From a virus (taxonomy: Duplodnaviria; Caudoviricetes), in IMG/VR virus record IMGVR_UViG_3300020345_000380, positions 1 through 33,063 of that record: 33,063 nucleotides of DNA; one strand, given 5' to 3'. How positions within the stretch are numbered: the first letter of the stretch is position 1; each line of letters begins with the position of its first letter. This document shows, piece after piece, positions 9,001 to 18,200 of the stretch. The translations under genes were made by a program, and so were the position numbers. Below the pieces are notes generated by a model, which saw only the letters and a list, made by a program, of their open reading frames with translations, was not told where the DNA came from and ran no database searches.

Positions 9001-10043
9001 TCTTTAGATGGTACCTCACCACCGTCTGTAGTATCTTCTGGGAAGAATACACCAAACTGAGAATACCTATCATTTAGAGTTTCTTTAGTATCAAAAGTAA
9101 ACTCCTCTACAAAATAGTTACCACTTTCATCATATGTTCTACGAGCAAATTCTTTTGCTAATTCGTTATATACAGTTCTATTAACAATCTTTTTGACTTC
9201 TCCTTTATTAGTTCTGAATAACTCAATAAAGTTTTCATCTTGATAATCTTCAAGATCTTTCTTAGTAAGTTGTAGACTAATCTTCAGTCTATCAGAACCT
9301 GGAGCAGTATAGTTACTGAAACCAGAAGCATTATCATACAATGTATCATCTTCTACAGCAGTTATAATTTCTTCTATAACTTTGAAACCAACTCTGAATG
9401 AAGGAGAGTTAGAATACTGATCTAATACAAGTGTTTCTGTACCTACTTTTACAAATGCACCACGAGCAAAGAATACACCTTCAGTTACAGTAAATGCTGA
9501 ACCTGTTGCAGTTGCATTACTTAGAATACAAGTAGCAAAATCTGATCCATTAGAAGTTGTAGTAGATCCAAAAGTAAAATCAGCCTCAGTAACTAGATTT
9601 TCACCATCTTCAAATGTTTGAGTTGTTTGATCATTTTTATTTGTATTTCTGTATTTTACATATAATGTTGTTTTGTTTTCAGTTGATTTAGATGCTTTTA
9701 GAACACTCTTTACTACAGCAGTTACTCCAGATTGCTTACCACGAATTGATAGTCCAATCAACTTATCAAAGTATGATTCTACAGGAACACCAAAAAATGT
9801 AGATTCTACTTTGACAGCATAATAGGCATCATCATACGCTACCGAACCAGGTATTACTACCGTGCCCTCTTTGAAGAAATGTTGTCCAAATTTTTCAATC
9901 TGATCTTGTAGGATAGATTGAAGTGTAGTCAGTTCCCTCGCTTGAACTGGAGTACCAGGTTTGAATAAAACTTTTGTATAGTTTTTATTCTCATCAAAAT
10001 CATCAAAATATGGATTGACGTTTAGGTTGGTGTTCTGTGGCAT
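3039..10043 (-). CDS. VrlC-like / DUF4815-type large virion structural protein
   Basis: N-terminus MPQNTNLNVNPYFDDF..KNY.KVLFKPG.PVQARELT.LQSILQ.QIE.FG, plus APG.DRLKI, ARRTYDESG.Y, RRYTM.DIG.IEKRI, DPLAQSF and GSLFKSQN.STW motifs; lies directly after gp8, as in T4-like cyanophages. Confidence 0.9.
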   Translation of the reverse strand: MPQNTNLNVNPYFDDFDENKNYTKVLFKPGTPVQARELTTLQSILQDQIEKFGQHFFKEGTVVIPGSVAYDDAYYAVKVESTFFGVPVESYFDKLIGLSIRGKQSGVTAVVKSVLKASKSTENKTTLYVKYRNTNKNDQTTQTFEDGENLVTEADFTFGSTTTSNGSDFATCILSNATATGSAFTVTEGVFFARGAFVKVGTETLVLDQYSNSPSFRVGFKVIEEIITAVEDDTLYDNASGFSNYTAPGSDRLKISLQLTKKDLEDYQDENFIELFRTNKGEVKKIVNRTVYNELAKEFARRTYDESGNYFVEEFTFDTKETLNDRYSQFGVFFPEDTTDGGEVPSKEKLSIKVGPGKAYVKGYEVQTYGTIFVDANKPRTTELVESSSVPFQAGNLIRLNNVYGGASVGIATTGYVDLRSNRLSTDLDAAAGQSVGRARVYDYKLSAGGYTNAASSFDLFLFDIQTDTEITLNSALAIDAPALIEGKRSGARGFLRSRTGSILTLHQTAGQFIVDEAIAVDGVDNGRIITKVTEFGVNDIHSIRQEVGVQTFSGDTILEPRLRFGGQSFNFTAAAGSKSTVTSSTNGWTVGIQTGDIISYARSGVSGPVYNRVKTVSPLGTSIEVEAVANVTNVATGSIPGSATNVSGISVVSTRIRNSNSGFLFAELPNSDVESVDLTRSDIFIRNELRGRTINSLGTLALPSLTGTDFVYAPFDEERYTVLYEDGTVEPLTSDQFALTGGGKGVTLSGLTASKNNVVVHSTRQKSKVTAKNKVLNRCESLVVNKSKYTYSGVTTSVGDGLTYNIAYGTRVQDREVSLNTADVVRISAIFESSTSGDPSIPTATFSGLNGPNSNNTDIIKGEYFIGKVSGASALVLGITGTQSAFVVSRNNENFIDGEEITFTESNVLGKITALTLGDKEISDNFTLDNGQRQEFYDFARLIRNQGSPEPSGRIKVFFDKFTLDSEDSGEILTASSYASDVYDLVPSFGGVRNTDVVDIRPRVSDYNSTLSPFEWGARVFSGSGQSTNVLVSDENITFDYTHYLGRVDRLFLNSDSTFTLVEGTPAAQPQAPEEIDSSFELAQIVYQPYVYDVNTDITIETRANRRYTMQDIGDIEKRIENVEFSTSLSLLENKTESLVVKDPETGLDSFKTGFAVDNFRSFALADASVPINYDVDDGEAVARASWDVVDLLVGSEAVIGLSGVPNNAVDVRYATDLGSSNITRKGSKVLLNYSEVEDFNQPFASRVINVNPYDVVTWTGNLTISPTEDVWIEREFYTVDGGLGDRHRGHDTYEIVTETTKIPTLRSQNIEFTGTRLKPGTKMYSTFARTDMVDQRSLTVPKLLEVTPVKGAFQIGETVVGRLLTNQNSNRVPEIRFRIAAPNHKDGPYNAPTLVYATSPYDGVGLTSAYSDTTSILNVDTASLNQKSDERFFGNVVKDMRLVGETSNAEAQVNEVRLVTDTMGALQGSIHIPEDNPDFANGTNTVEVSAIKSNDNPPPGVHVSKANANFFSDGTLITETTIVKRDPPPPPPPCDPLAQSFFITEIPGIYMTSVDIFFQSKSTNIPVEVRIVDVVNGIPTGNVLASKVLEPSQVNTSNDGTVGTTFTFDFPCYLTTGEYAYVILASTDEYHVWISRVGEEDITTKDLPEIQKVIINKQPSLGSLFKSQNASTWTPSQLEDLKYVARKAKFVTSKGTFKMYNPEMSFWNSRNLLPSNPIEVFDKKVTVGLSSDLKNPNIVVGTQIKQNNRTSSGFVEARLGAVGAANTGLTVTNVGVGYSNSTYNGVSFTTLTGSGSGATGIVTVSSGTIDNVCVLNTGSGYSVGDTLTATLGSNDLGRNLILTVGVVTSTNSLQLTGVTGQDFNTSDQIQYVPGSGAGVGVGSTLASIVPSSVTINGDEFDGKHVRVSHPNHGMHAFNNKVSITRVHSDTVPTNITVGYGASSIANVSVASSTNFNFFEGAQVGATNPGFALIGDEIIAYTGVGNNILTGITTRGVDGTSSQSFLPGTPIQKYEFKGVSLREVNKTHDFADVTNNITEKIGLDHYYLKIGGSKTFTSHSLGGGVNARASANVQFESVRPNINHILPDGTEVSGSVRTTSGTSISGNEISFQDRGYQPISFSGTTLFSDPRIIASRVNENAKMAAFPGAKSFTLDVTMSTSNEDVTPIVDVENSNITLKTHRVNAPIENYITDRRSNTLLEDPHSFNYTTQVIALENPATSLKVILAAFKPGTSDVRVLYRLSRADSAETDKVFELMPGFNNFDINGRVIDGKNNDGTSDRRISNSVAGQFLEHQFTANNLPQFTGYQIKVEVTSTNQAQSPSIRDFRVIALA

Positions 10044-10047
10044 CGGA

Positions 10048-11586
10048 TCAGAATTCTAAGACGATTTTAATATCTTCTCTTTGATTGGCAGCTCTTGTAA
10101 CTTCTGGTCTATTGTCAACGTATATAATGTCTCCAGAATACTTTTTGATTTCTGGTGATGATAAACCGTTGTTTATAGACTGACCAAAGTAGTATGTTTT
10201 AGCGTTGATTGATGTAGAAACCCCCGTAAAGGTTGTTTCGATTCCTACAGTCTCACTTCCTGTAGTTGTTGTTACAACTACATTGATACTACCTCCAGTT
10301 CCAGGAGTGCTCGTGAACCTATTTAGACGGTAACCATAGGTGGGACTTGCCCCTGTAGAATTGTCTGTTGCTAGATCCCGATCTTGCCAATATCTCAAGA
10401 ATTTTGTTACTGGGTCATATGATATAATTTTACCCACTGCAGTGGATCCAATTCCGATGGTTTGGGTAATCTGACCATCAATAGAAGCACTCATAGTGCT
10501 TGCTGCTATACCTGTCAAACGTAATCCATAAACAGCACTCGCACTTGCTGATGTAAGTAGATTTGTAGTACCTGTTACTTCTGGATTTTTTACTATTCCT
10601 ATACGAGCAAACTGGTTTCCTGTTGGGAAATCGGGGTTTGTAGTATCACTATTTTCTATTCTAGAATATATAAGAACTTTATTTGCACCTAATTCTTTGT
10701 ATATATCTGCACCATGTCCTCCTGGAGGTGGAATTATAACTGAAAATTCTGCACCAGAACCTGTTACTACCTTATCTAAATCTAAAGTTCCAAAAGTATA
10801 TCCTGTTCCACCGTTAGTTACCTGAACAGCAGTTGGTTTACCATTCACAAAAGTGACTGATGCTAAACCATCTTGTCCATCTCCACTAATAGGAACATTA
10901 TTCTTAGTTCCACTAAACTGATATGACGCACTTGTTGTATTTTCTATTACAACTGTTTCTATCTTACCACCAACAGCAGCATTGCGAACATCGAGACTGT
11001 CGGCACTTTCCAACCAGTCAGTTGGGACTGGAACGTATTCAACACTGTCAAACTTAACGATATCGCTCGGTTTGATCGTGTAGAGGTATTTCCAGAGGTA
11101 GCCATCGGATTCAAGTCTTGGTTGGAGGTCTGTGTGAGTTGGTTCTTCTAACGATGCAAGTCCTTTACCACTATTAGTTGGATCTGCTCCGTTATATATG
11201 CATTCATAAACTCTATAATCCGAGTTTACCACATAGAAGTTAGAATTGTAAAGACTGGAAGAGTTTGTCTGTGGAGTAGTATTATTAATATCATAATCGT
11301 GACGATACATCTCGTATATCGTACCTGTAGTCCAACTAATCTTTCGGATTACTTGTAATACATCGCTAGAATTGATTTTCTTAGCGGATATTAGAGTATC
11401 ATATATGTCGTCGTGATCATCAAAGTTGTCAATAGGTGCTGGCGTATTGGTGTTCCAATCTGAATTAGTGTCAGTTGCATTCGGCAGCCCAATGAACACG
11501 TAATAACTATTTGCGGTGGTTGAAATTCCACCAACAAAGTTAGACGCATTCAATACTCTGATTTGATCAGTTATGATCGCTGGCAT
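10048..11586 (-). CDS. gp8: Baseplate wedge subunit gp8
   Basis: MPAIITDQIRVLNA.NF start, W..G..Y.MYRHDY, DGYLWKYLYTI, PPGGHG.D, and C-terminal KYSGDIIYVDNR..R..NQREDIKIVLEF. Confidence 0.9.
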   Translation of the reverse strand: MPAIITDQIRVLNASNFVGGISTTANSYYVFIGLPNATDTNSDWNTNTPAPIDNFDDHDDIYDTLISAKKINSSDVLQVIRKISWTTGTIYEMYRHDYDINNTTPQTNSSSLYNSNFYVVNSDYRVYECIYNGADPTNSGKGLASLEEPTHTDLQPRLESDGYLWKYLYTIKPSDIVKFDSVEYVPVPTDWLESADSLDVRNAAVGGKIETVVIENTTSASYQFSGTKNNVPISGDGQDGLASVTFVNGKPTAVQVTNGGTGYTFGTLDLDKVVTGSGAEFSVIIPPPGGHGADIYKELGANKVLIYSRIENSDTTNPDFPTGNQFARIGIVKNPEVTGTTNLLTSASASAVYGLRLTGIAASTMSASIDGQITQTIGIGSTAVGKIISYDPVTKFLRYWQDRDLATDNSTGASPTYGYRLNRFTSTPGTGGSINVVVTTTTGSETVGIETTFTGVSTSINAKTYYFGQSINNGLSSPEIKKYSGDIIYVDNRPEVTRAANQREDIKIVLEF

Positions 11587-11607
11587 TCTCTTCTGGACTT
11601 TTAGTGT

Positions 11608-11614
11608 TATTTAT
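11608..11614 (-). promoter_or_regulatory. T4-like late promoter motif overlapping a stop codon, upstream of gp8
   Basis: TCA-TAA-ATA contains ATAAATA about 22 nt upstream of the gp8 ATG. Confidence 0.6.
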
Positions 11615-14600
11615 GAGTAATCTAGGGAAAGCTTAGTAGTGCGGATTATTGTAGGAGCAGTTGATAGACCAGATAGACCATCAGAACTGTTACAAGTAAA
11701 CGCTAGACCAACACTTCTAGAGGAGCTGAACTTTGCCCAACTAAAGTTTCCATAGTAGTTTCCGACCCCTGAACCAAGACCTGTAAAGTTGAGACCGTGA
11801 CCAGTTTCAACATTTACGTGCACTCTTACTGAAGATGCTGTACCCACAGGGGCAATATCTTCAATATGAGATACTTGGAACACAGTATCTATAAGGTCAG
11901 AGCATGACGAAATAGCAACTGTCCTATCTTTCAATAGTGCAGTCACACCATTTCCAACATTTGATCTAGATACTAAGAAGAAGTCACCTGTAGCAATTCC
12001 TGTCTTAGTAAGTCCACCCAAAGTATTATCTCTCCAAGTTGAGTTCAAAGGTATATGGAAATTGAACTGTATACCTTGAGCAGTAGTTCCAATTCCAGTA
12101 ATAATACCGTCATCACCACTGACACTCACACCAGAGATAGTTTCAACAGGATTTATGAATGTGGTAGTTCCAAATCCAGTGTTATTTTTATCAGTATCTA
12201 CAATCTGAATACCAAATGTAGAAACATCAGGTTGCTCAGTTTTACTGAATACTAGAGCACCACTTCCTGTATAGAAAGTATTATCAGTTGTAGAAGCACT
12301 TTGTATAATTCTTGCTGCAGGTTTTACTTTAGCAGCATACATATCTCTTGCTTTACTTACAGGAGCACCTTCAACAATCAAGTCATCTTGCTGCTTACAC
12401 CAAACAACAGGTCTTAGTGGGGATAATTGATTAGATATACCCTGCTTAGTATAAACAGTGGTTCTAAGAGTATCTCTTGCTGTAATAGCATCAACAATTC
12501 TTTCACTCTGTGATACTGGTGTTATATTATTATTTTTCTCAATCTTGATAGAATCACCAACCTTGACTGTTTGTAATGCACCTTCAATAGCAACATCAGA
12601 ATCAGTTCCACGATAAAGCATTATTTGAAGGGTAGTTCCTTCTCTTGGAGGTTCAGTAAACTCTATTTGAGTACCGCCATTGAATACATAAGAAACTCCA
12701 GGATGCTGAATAATATCATTCAAGAATACTAATAAGTTATCCTGTAAACTGATAAGAGTACCAGGATTCTTTTCAATACTCAATGGTTCACTATTTTCAG
12801 TAATAGTGAATACCTTTTTCCTTCCATCAAATTGATCAGAGAAATTATCTAATACTTGAACCTTACCAAATACCCATCCAGCAAATTCATCATCCCTAGT
12901 TTCTTTGACGGTAAATATAGCATTTCTAAAGGTAGATCCAATACTTGTATTTGTTGGTATTCCTGCAATCCTTAGTTGCTCACCTACAGTAAATCCATAA
13001 CCAATATTATTGAGATTGAATGTTGTTATACTTAGACCAGTACCAACATTTAGTGATACAGAAGCACCAACACCTGTTGATGCACTTATAAGTTGTATAT
13101 CATCATATCCAATAGGAGAATCAAAATCTACTATAATTGGTTTAGTTACAGAACCACCTCTTGCATACCAATGATGTGCTGTAGTTACACCAGCTTGATA
13201 TTCAAACGTAGTATTATCTACAACTGTTACTGAAGCACCTTCTGCATTCAAATCTCCAAATCTAGGTCCAATAAGAGCACCTTGAAGTCTACCACCAGTC
13301 TTATAGAAAGTTGGTACAGTAGATGGACCAACTTGAACTGTAAGTTTTTTGACACCTGGAACTGCAGCAATAATAGAACCAGCATAATAAGGATCAGTAG
13401 TTCTAGGATATGTCTTAGTAGAAGCACCTCCATCTAATTGACAAGTCATACCAATACCAGATAATATAACTCCCTGACCTACTGACAATCCATGATTAGC
13501 AGTAGTAGTAACAGTCATAATACCTGAAACATTGTCATAGACTGCGTTAGAAACAGCCTTAGATGCTGAATAAGTACATGTGAATGCTATACCAGATAAT
13601 TTGACAGTATTACCACTAGTTAAACCATGGGCACTACCTGTAGTAACAGTGGTTATACCAGTTAGATGATTATATGCTACATTTGATACATCCTTATAAT
13701 AGAACCCAGATCCAGCATTAGTAAGATCTACAGCAGATATATTTCCATTAGCAACAGAGAAAGTACCACTAGCACCTACAGCTGATCCACCACCTATAAT
13801 ATTAAATCTATATGTGGTTGGTGCATTTCTATATCCAGTTCCACTAAATGCCAATCCTACACTTGATATAACACCTGTACTTGCTACAACTGCGGTTCCT
13901 ATTCCAACTAGTCGTTCCTGATATCCAAATCCTTCTGAACTTGCTAATGATACAATCAATCCCTTTCTAGGAACCCTATTTGCATTAACATCACTTAGAT
14001 TTGTGGTATTTGAACTATTATTAGTAAATCTTATAGACGTAATACCAGTGGACGATCCACCTATAAAGTCATAATCAATTTCTGGTTTTTGGAATATATT
14101 GTTTATAAGTAGTGAACCAAAATCACTAGTTATACCAGTGGTATTGGAACCTCCACTCTTGATAGTAAATGTTTTTGCTATACCAGTAAAACTATCTGAT
14201 ATATCATCTATAACAAGGTTTCCTGTATAATCCGATCTAATGAATGATCTACCTTGGAATGAACTTCCATTTGAAGTATCTACAAATATGAAATTATGAG
14301 TTCCTATACCAGCAGTTGTAAGAGTTATACCAACACCTGTTAAAGCATCTCCTTTGGTTTCAGCAAAAGAAAATTCATTATTTGCTTCTTTGATTAGGAA
14401 ATATGTCTCATTACCTTTTAGTGGTACAGGTGGATTTATACTTCGTACTAGAACTTCTGATCCTGTCTCAAGGTAATCTGAAATTGCTCTAAAACTATTT
14501 CTTTGTACATTGATTTGATTTGAACTAACACCAACAGTTACTTTTATACCACCAAAAGGAACATCCACAAATGTTACCTTATCTTTTACAATATTATAAT

Positions 14601-15288
14601 CACCCTTTACTTTTTTTATACTGGCACCATTGATATGTAATGTTGGTTTTGTACCTAACCATTCACGATCAACTAAAGCGTCATTTGCAATACCATTATA
14701 ACCAACCACTTGTATACGCATAATCTCATCATCAATCTTTATAAGATCATATGACTTGAAACCACTTATATCCCAAAAACTTATAACCTTATTCAACATA
14801 CCTGATAATGTAGTAGCAGCACCTACTTCCTCAGTTAATGGAGATTGGATTACATTATCCAATGCCATTATAACTTTACTATTCTGTTTATTTGCTGTAA
14901 AGTAATGGCTATTACCAATACCAACTGTAGTCAAACCAATATGAGTTCCTGCTTTTGCTAATGCAGGAGTTGCTGCAAGTTTTATCTTATCTTCATCTAC
15001 TTTTATAGCATAAACTGTTTGGGGTATTGTGGTAGCAGCACCAACACCAGTACTAGTATGATCTATTCCAATAGCAGTATCATTTGCATAGTATTCTAAC
15101 TCTTCACCTGTAACGTAGAAGTGATTCTTCAATACAATAGTATCTGATCCCAATAAAACCTTATCAGGACTTGAACCATCAAACGATTTCAAAAAGATTG
15201 GATCGCCTTGATGCGTCAGGTGAAAAGAATACCTAAAGGTTTCTGTTTCCCTATTAAATTTTCGATTTATTGACCCGATCTGAAACAT
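11611..15288 (-). CDS. Large baseplate protein, probably the C-terminal portion of a split gp7-like wedge initiator
   Basis: Starts 1 nt after the stop of the 2728-aa gene and sits between it and gp8. Carries the same H-x3-G-x4-Y...Y-x-I-K beta modules, plus RP.VWCKQ..D..V.G..VSK.R and a C-terminal GL.GLST.P.I.R. Confidence 0.75.
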   Translation of the reverse strand: MFQIGSINRKFNRETETFRYSFHLTHQGDPIFLKSFDGSSPDKVLLGSDTIVLKNHFYVTGEELEYYANDTAIGIDHTSTGVGAATTIPQTVYAIKVDEDKIKLAATPALAKAGTHIGLTTVGIGNSHYFTANKQNSKVIMALDNVIQSPLTEEVGAATTLSGMLNKVISFWDISGFKSYDLIKIDDEIMRIQVVGYNGIANDALVDREWLGTKPTLHINGASIKKVKGDYNIVKDKVTFVDVPFGGIKVTVGVSSNQINVQRNSFRAISDYLETGSEVLVRSINPPVPLKGNETYFLIKEANNEFSFAETKGDALTGVGITLTTAGIGTHNFIFVDTSNGSSFQGRSFIRSDYTGNLVIDDISDSFTGIAKTFTIKSGGSNTTGITSDFGSLLINNIFQKPEIDYDFIGGSSTGITSIRFTNNSSNTTNLSDVNANRVPRKGLIVSLASSEGFGYQERLVGIGTAVVASTGVISSVGLAFSGTGYRNAPTTYRFNIIGGGSAVGASGTFSVANGNISAVDLTNAGSGFYYKDVSNVAYNHLTGITTVTTGSAHGLTSGNTVKLSGIAFTCTYSASKAVSNAVYDNVSGIMTVTTTANHGLSVGQGVILSGIGMTCQLDGGASTKTYPRTTDPYYAGSIIAAVPGVKKLTVQVGPSTVPTFYKTGGRLQGALIGPRFGDLNAEGASVTVVDNTTFEYQAGVTTAHHWYARGGSVTKPIIVDFDSPIGYDDIQLISASTGVGASVSLNVGTGLSITTFNLNNIGYGFTVGEQLRIAGIPTNTSIGSTFRNAIFTVKETRDDEFAGWVFGKVQVLDNFSDQFDGRKKVFTITENSEPLSIEKNPGTLISLQDNLLVFLNDIIQHPGVSYVFNGGTQIEFTEPPREGTTLQIMLYRGTDSDVAIEGALQTVKVGDSIKIEKNNNITPVSQSERIVDAITARDTLRTTVYTKQGISNQLSPLRPVVWCKQQDDLIVEGAPVSKARDMYAAKVKPAARIIQSASTTDNTFYTGSGALVFSKTEQPDVSTFGIQIVDTDKNNTGFGTTTFINPVETISGVSVSGDDGIITGIGTTAQGIQFNFHIPLNSTWRDNTLGGLTKTGIATGDFFLVSRSNVGNGVTALLKDRTVAISSCSDLIDTVFQVSHIEDIAPVGTASSVRVHVNVETGHGLNFTGLGSGVGNYYGNFSWAKFSSSRSVGLAFTCNSSDGLSGLSTAPTIIRTTKLSLDYS

Positions 15289-15289
15289 T

Positions 15290-18200
15290 TTAGTATTTTA
15301 TCGTGGTGTCGTTGGCAACATCATCAGGTTTGTCAATTCGTATCTCCGATACCCTAACAATGTAAGTTCTATTTTCCATTGGGGTAAATTGTAGAAGAAC
15401 GTTTGGTGCAGATATAGTTATATCTGTATTGTTTATATCTCTCGTAGCAGTAAGACCAGTTGAGACATTACCCCACTTGACAGAGTTGGAATCACCTCCA
15501 TAAGCATTGGCAGCAACGTGAAATGCAGAATATTCGTTGTTAGTAACGTTCTGTATCTCCACATAGTATTTAATGCTTGTATAATTGTTGTATGTTAAAT
15601 TGGATATATTAGTAGCAGAAGGAGTTCCCGATGCTGCAATTTCAGTTCTACTAGATTGTAGTTGTGCGTCACCAACTTCATAACTACCTGCTGGTATTCC
15701 TGTACCAACAGCAGTTGTAGCAACACCAACTAAAGTAGCAAGTGTTGAAATAGTTACTCCTATACCTGCTACTGGTGTAAATTTGATCTGCATATTATTT
15801 GTGGTGGTCATACCTACATTGAATGTTCCCAAATCCATATCTTCCTTCATCTTACCAAACTCAATATATTGAGCAGTAGATCCAACTCCAACAAAACTTG
15901 CTTCTAAAACTTCCTTTTCGTTAGGAGAATCAACAGCAACAAAAACTGTCCCAGACTTGAATTGCTCCGCATCTATGGATTGAATAATTTGTGTTGATGG
16001 TGATCCTGAAGGTGCTACGTATGAAGAAACACCTACTTTCTTAACTCCACCATAAGATGTTGTTCCAATACCTATACCTTGATCTAATACTTCCTTATAG
16101 AAGGTAATATCATAGATGAAAGTACTATTATAAGGTACAAATGATACTGTAACTTGACCTCCTACGCTTAGATCAGCATTGAAATCACCTAAATCAAATG
16201 AATCTGCTAAATCTGAATATTGGTTCACCATGGCAACAGTTCCATTGTGAGATACCACAAATTCGCTGTATTGAGTCTCGTTATAAGCTATTCCTGATGA
16301 TACATCAAGAACTATTTGGGCATAATATTTGACTGCACTTACTTTATCTACATCCCAAATATCAAGATCAATTCCTCTGTTTATATCTGGATCTGAATAG
16401 AATTGTGGACTAATATCATCAATTTCTAGAACTCTATTAGTCTTACATATAAGAGCATTACCAAATTTGTTAGATTGGAATACAACCTTATCACTCTTAG
16501 TTTGTGCTTCATCTGTAAGTTCTCTTACCAAGTCAAAGTCATGTTTACAGTATACTTTTGAAGAATTGTCAATAAGAACAAGTGAAGATATACTTTGATC
16601 TAATGCCTGTACGTGAGAAGAAGCTCCCAATCCTACTGCACCAACAGAAGGAACTAATAAGTCAGAATGCTTCTTGAATCCTGCAGGATGTGCTAATGAA
16701 TCAACTGGTTCACCCCAACTTGATATTCCAACTAAAGATTTGAGAGAATATGCAAAATTCTGATAATAATCATTATCTTGAATCCTTTGGAAATACTCAC
16801 TTGTCTTCCCAGTATCCTTTTCCCAACCGAATGAACGTTTGAGCATAGGACCTACTGTGAATTTTCCAGTATTGGAATTCATATCTTCAACAATACCAGA
16901 TGCACGAGATTGTCTACCTCTAACTAAGTCTCCTGTATTAAATCCTACAAGAGAATCAACTCTAATGATATTAGTAGAACTATCCTTACCTTCAGAAATA
17001 TTTGTAAATGCATTATCAGTATAGATTTCTTCTCCAGCAAAGAATACACCTTCTTTTAGTTCTAATTTGAATTGTGCTATATCACTCTTCCTAGTAACAA
17101 CACCAAATCCTAAACGATCATGGAATCCTGGATTTTGGTCTATTTTATATGTAATTGTAGCCTGATCAACTAAACCAGGGTTGGTATTCACACCAGTAAC
17201 GCTAAAGAAATTATATCCATAATCAGAAGAGTTATATCCATTACCAGTTGATACACCAATGTTCTCAACGAAAATTTCATCACCAATAGCAAATGGTAGA
17301 GGTAATGCTGTTGTAAATCCACCTGAAGGAGTTTTTAATCTAAGTGTTACTGTAGGATCTGAATATGTTGCACTAATAATACCAACACCGTTTGAGTTAT
17401 TGATTGCAAGTACTTGATTATCTGTACTCTTTAGATTTCCTCCAGAATTAATAATTCTTACACTATTGACAGATGTACCTTCTAAGTTTGCTACTAGTTC
17501 TACACTAGTATTCAAAGAATCGGTGATGTTATTGTAAACTACAATATCAGGAGCACTGAGATACTTAGAACCTGTAGATGTGATAGCAACATTATCAATA
17601 CTAAAATTATCTCGAAGAGATATAATATTTGGAACTGCTGCGTAAGGTACTAAAGTTGGATCAGAAGGATGATCATACCCAAACTCAAGAATATCAGTTG
17701 TAAGGAGTTGACCAGCACTTTCTGTCTCTGCAAGAAGAACCGCAGATTGACCTGTGGTACTAGCAATAGAAACTTTTGGTAATTCATCATATCTAACACC
17801 ACCTTCAGTCAAAGCAACTTTAGATACTGATCCTCGTGCAGTTTTAGATGATGTTGTGTAATTGATATAAGATTCACTTGTATATCCAACTTTTTCTGGT
17901 ATGCCACCTGTAAAGAACTTGAATGTTCTCCCTGTTGATGTAGTTAGTGAATGTGTTCCAGAGAACTCACTCTCTTGAATGATTATCTTACCATAATCAG
18001 TAACATCTTCATCAACATATACAGTTTTTGCTGGAGATGTGGATGTAAACTTATAATACAATACATCTGGAATATTTCTAGTCAAATGCAATGTAGTTCT
18101 AGCAGAAGTTATACCAGGAACTAGATTATCTACTCTTTCTATTGCAGATATACCAGTACCTACAAATTTCTTAGTATATTCTTGATCTAAGAATAAGTCT

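Noticed and set aside
10981-11130. Locally higher-GC patch in gp8 (about 46% by hand count over 10981-11100) as a possible recombined segment
   Set aside because: Short, and within plausible fluctuation for a conserved motif region; cannot be supported without comparative data.
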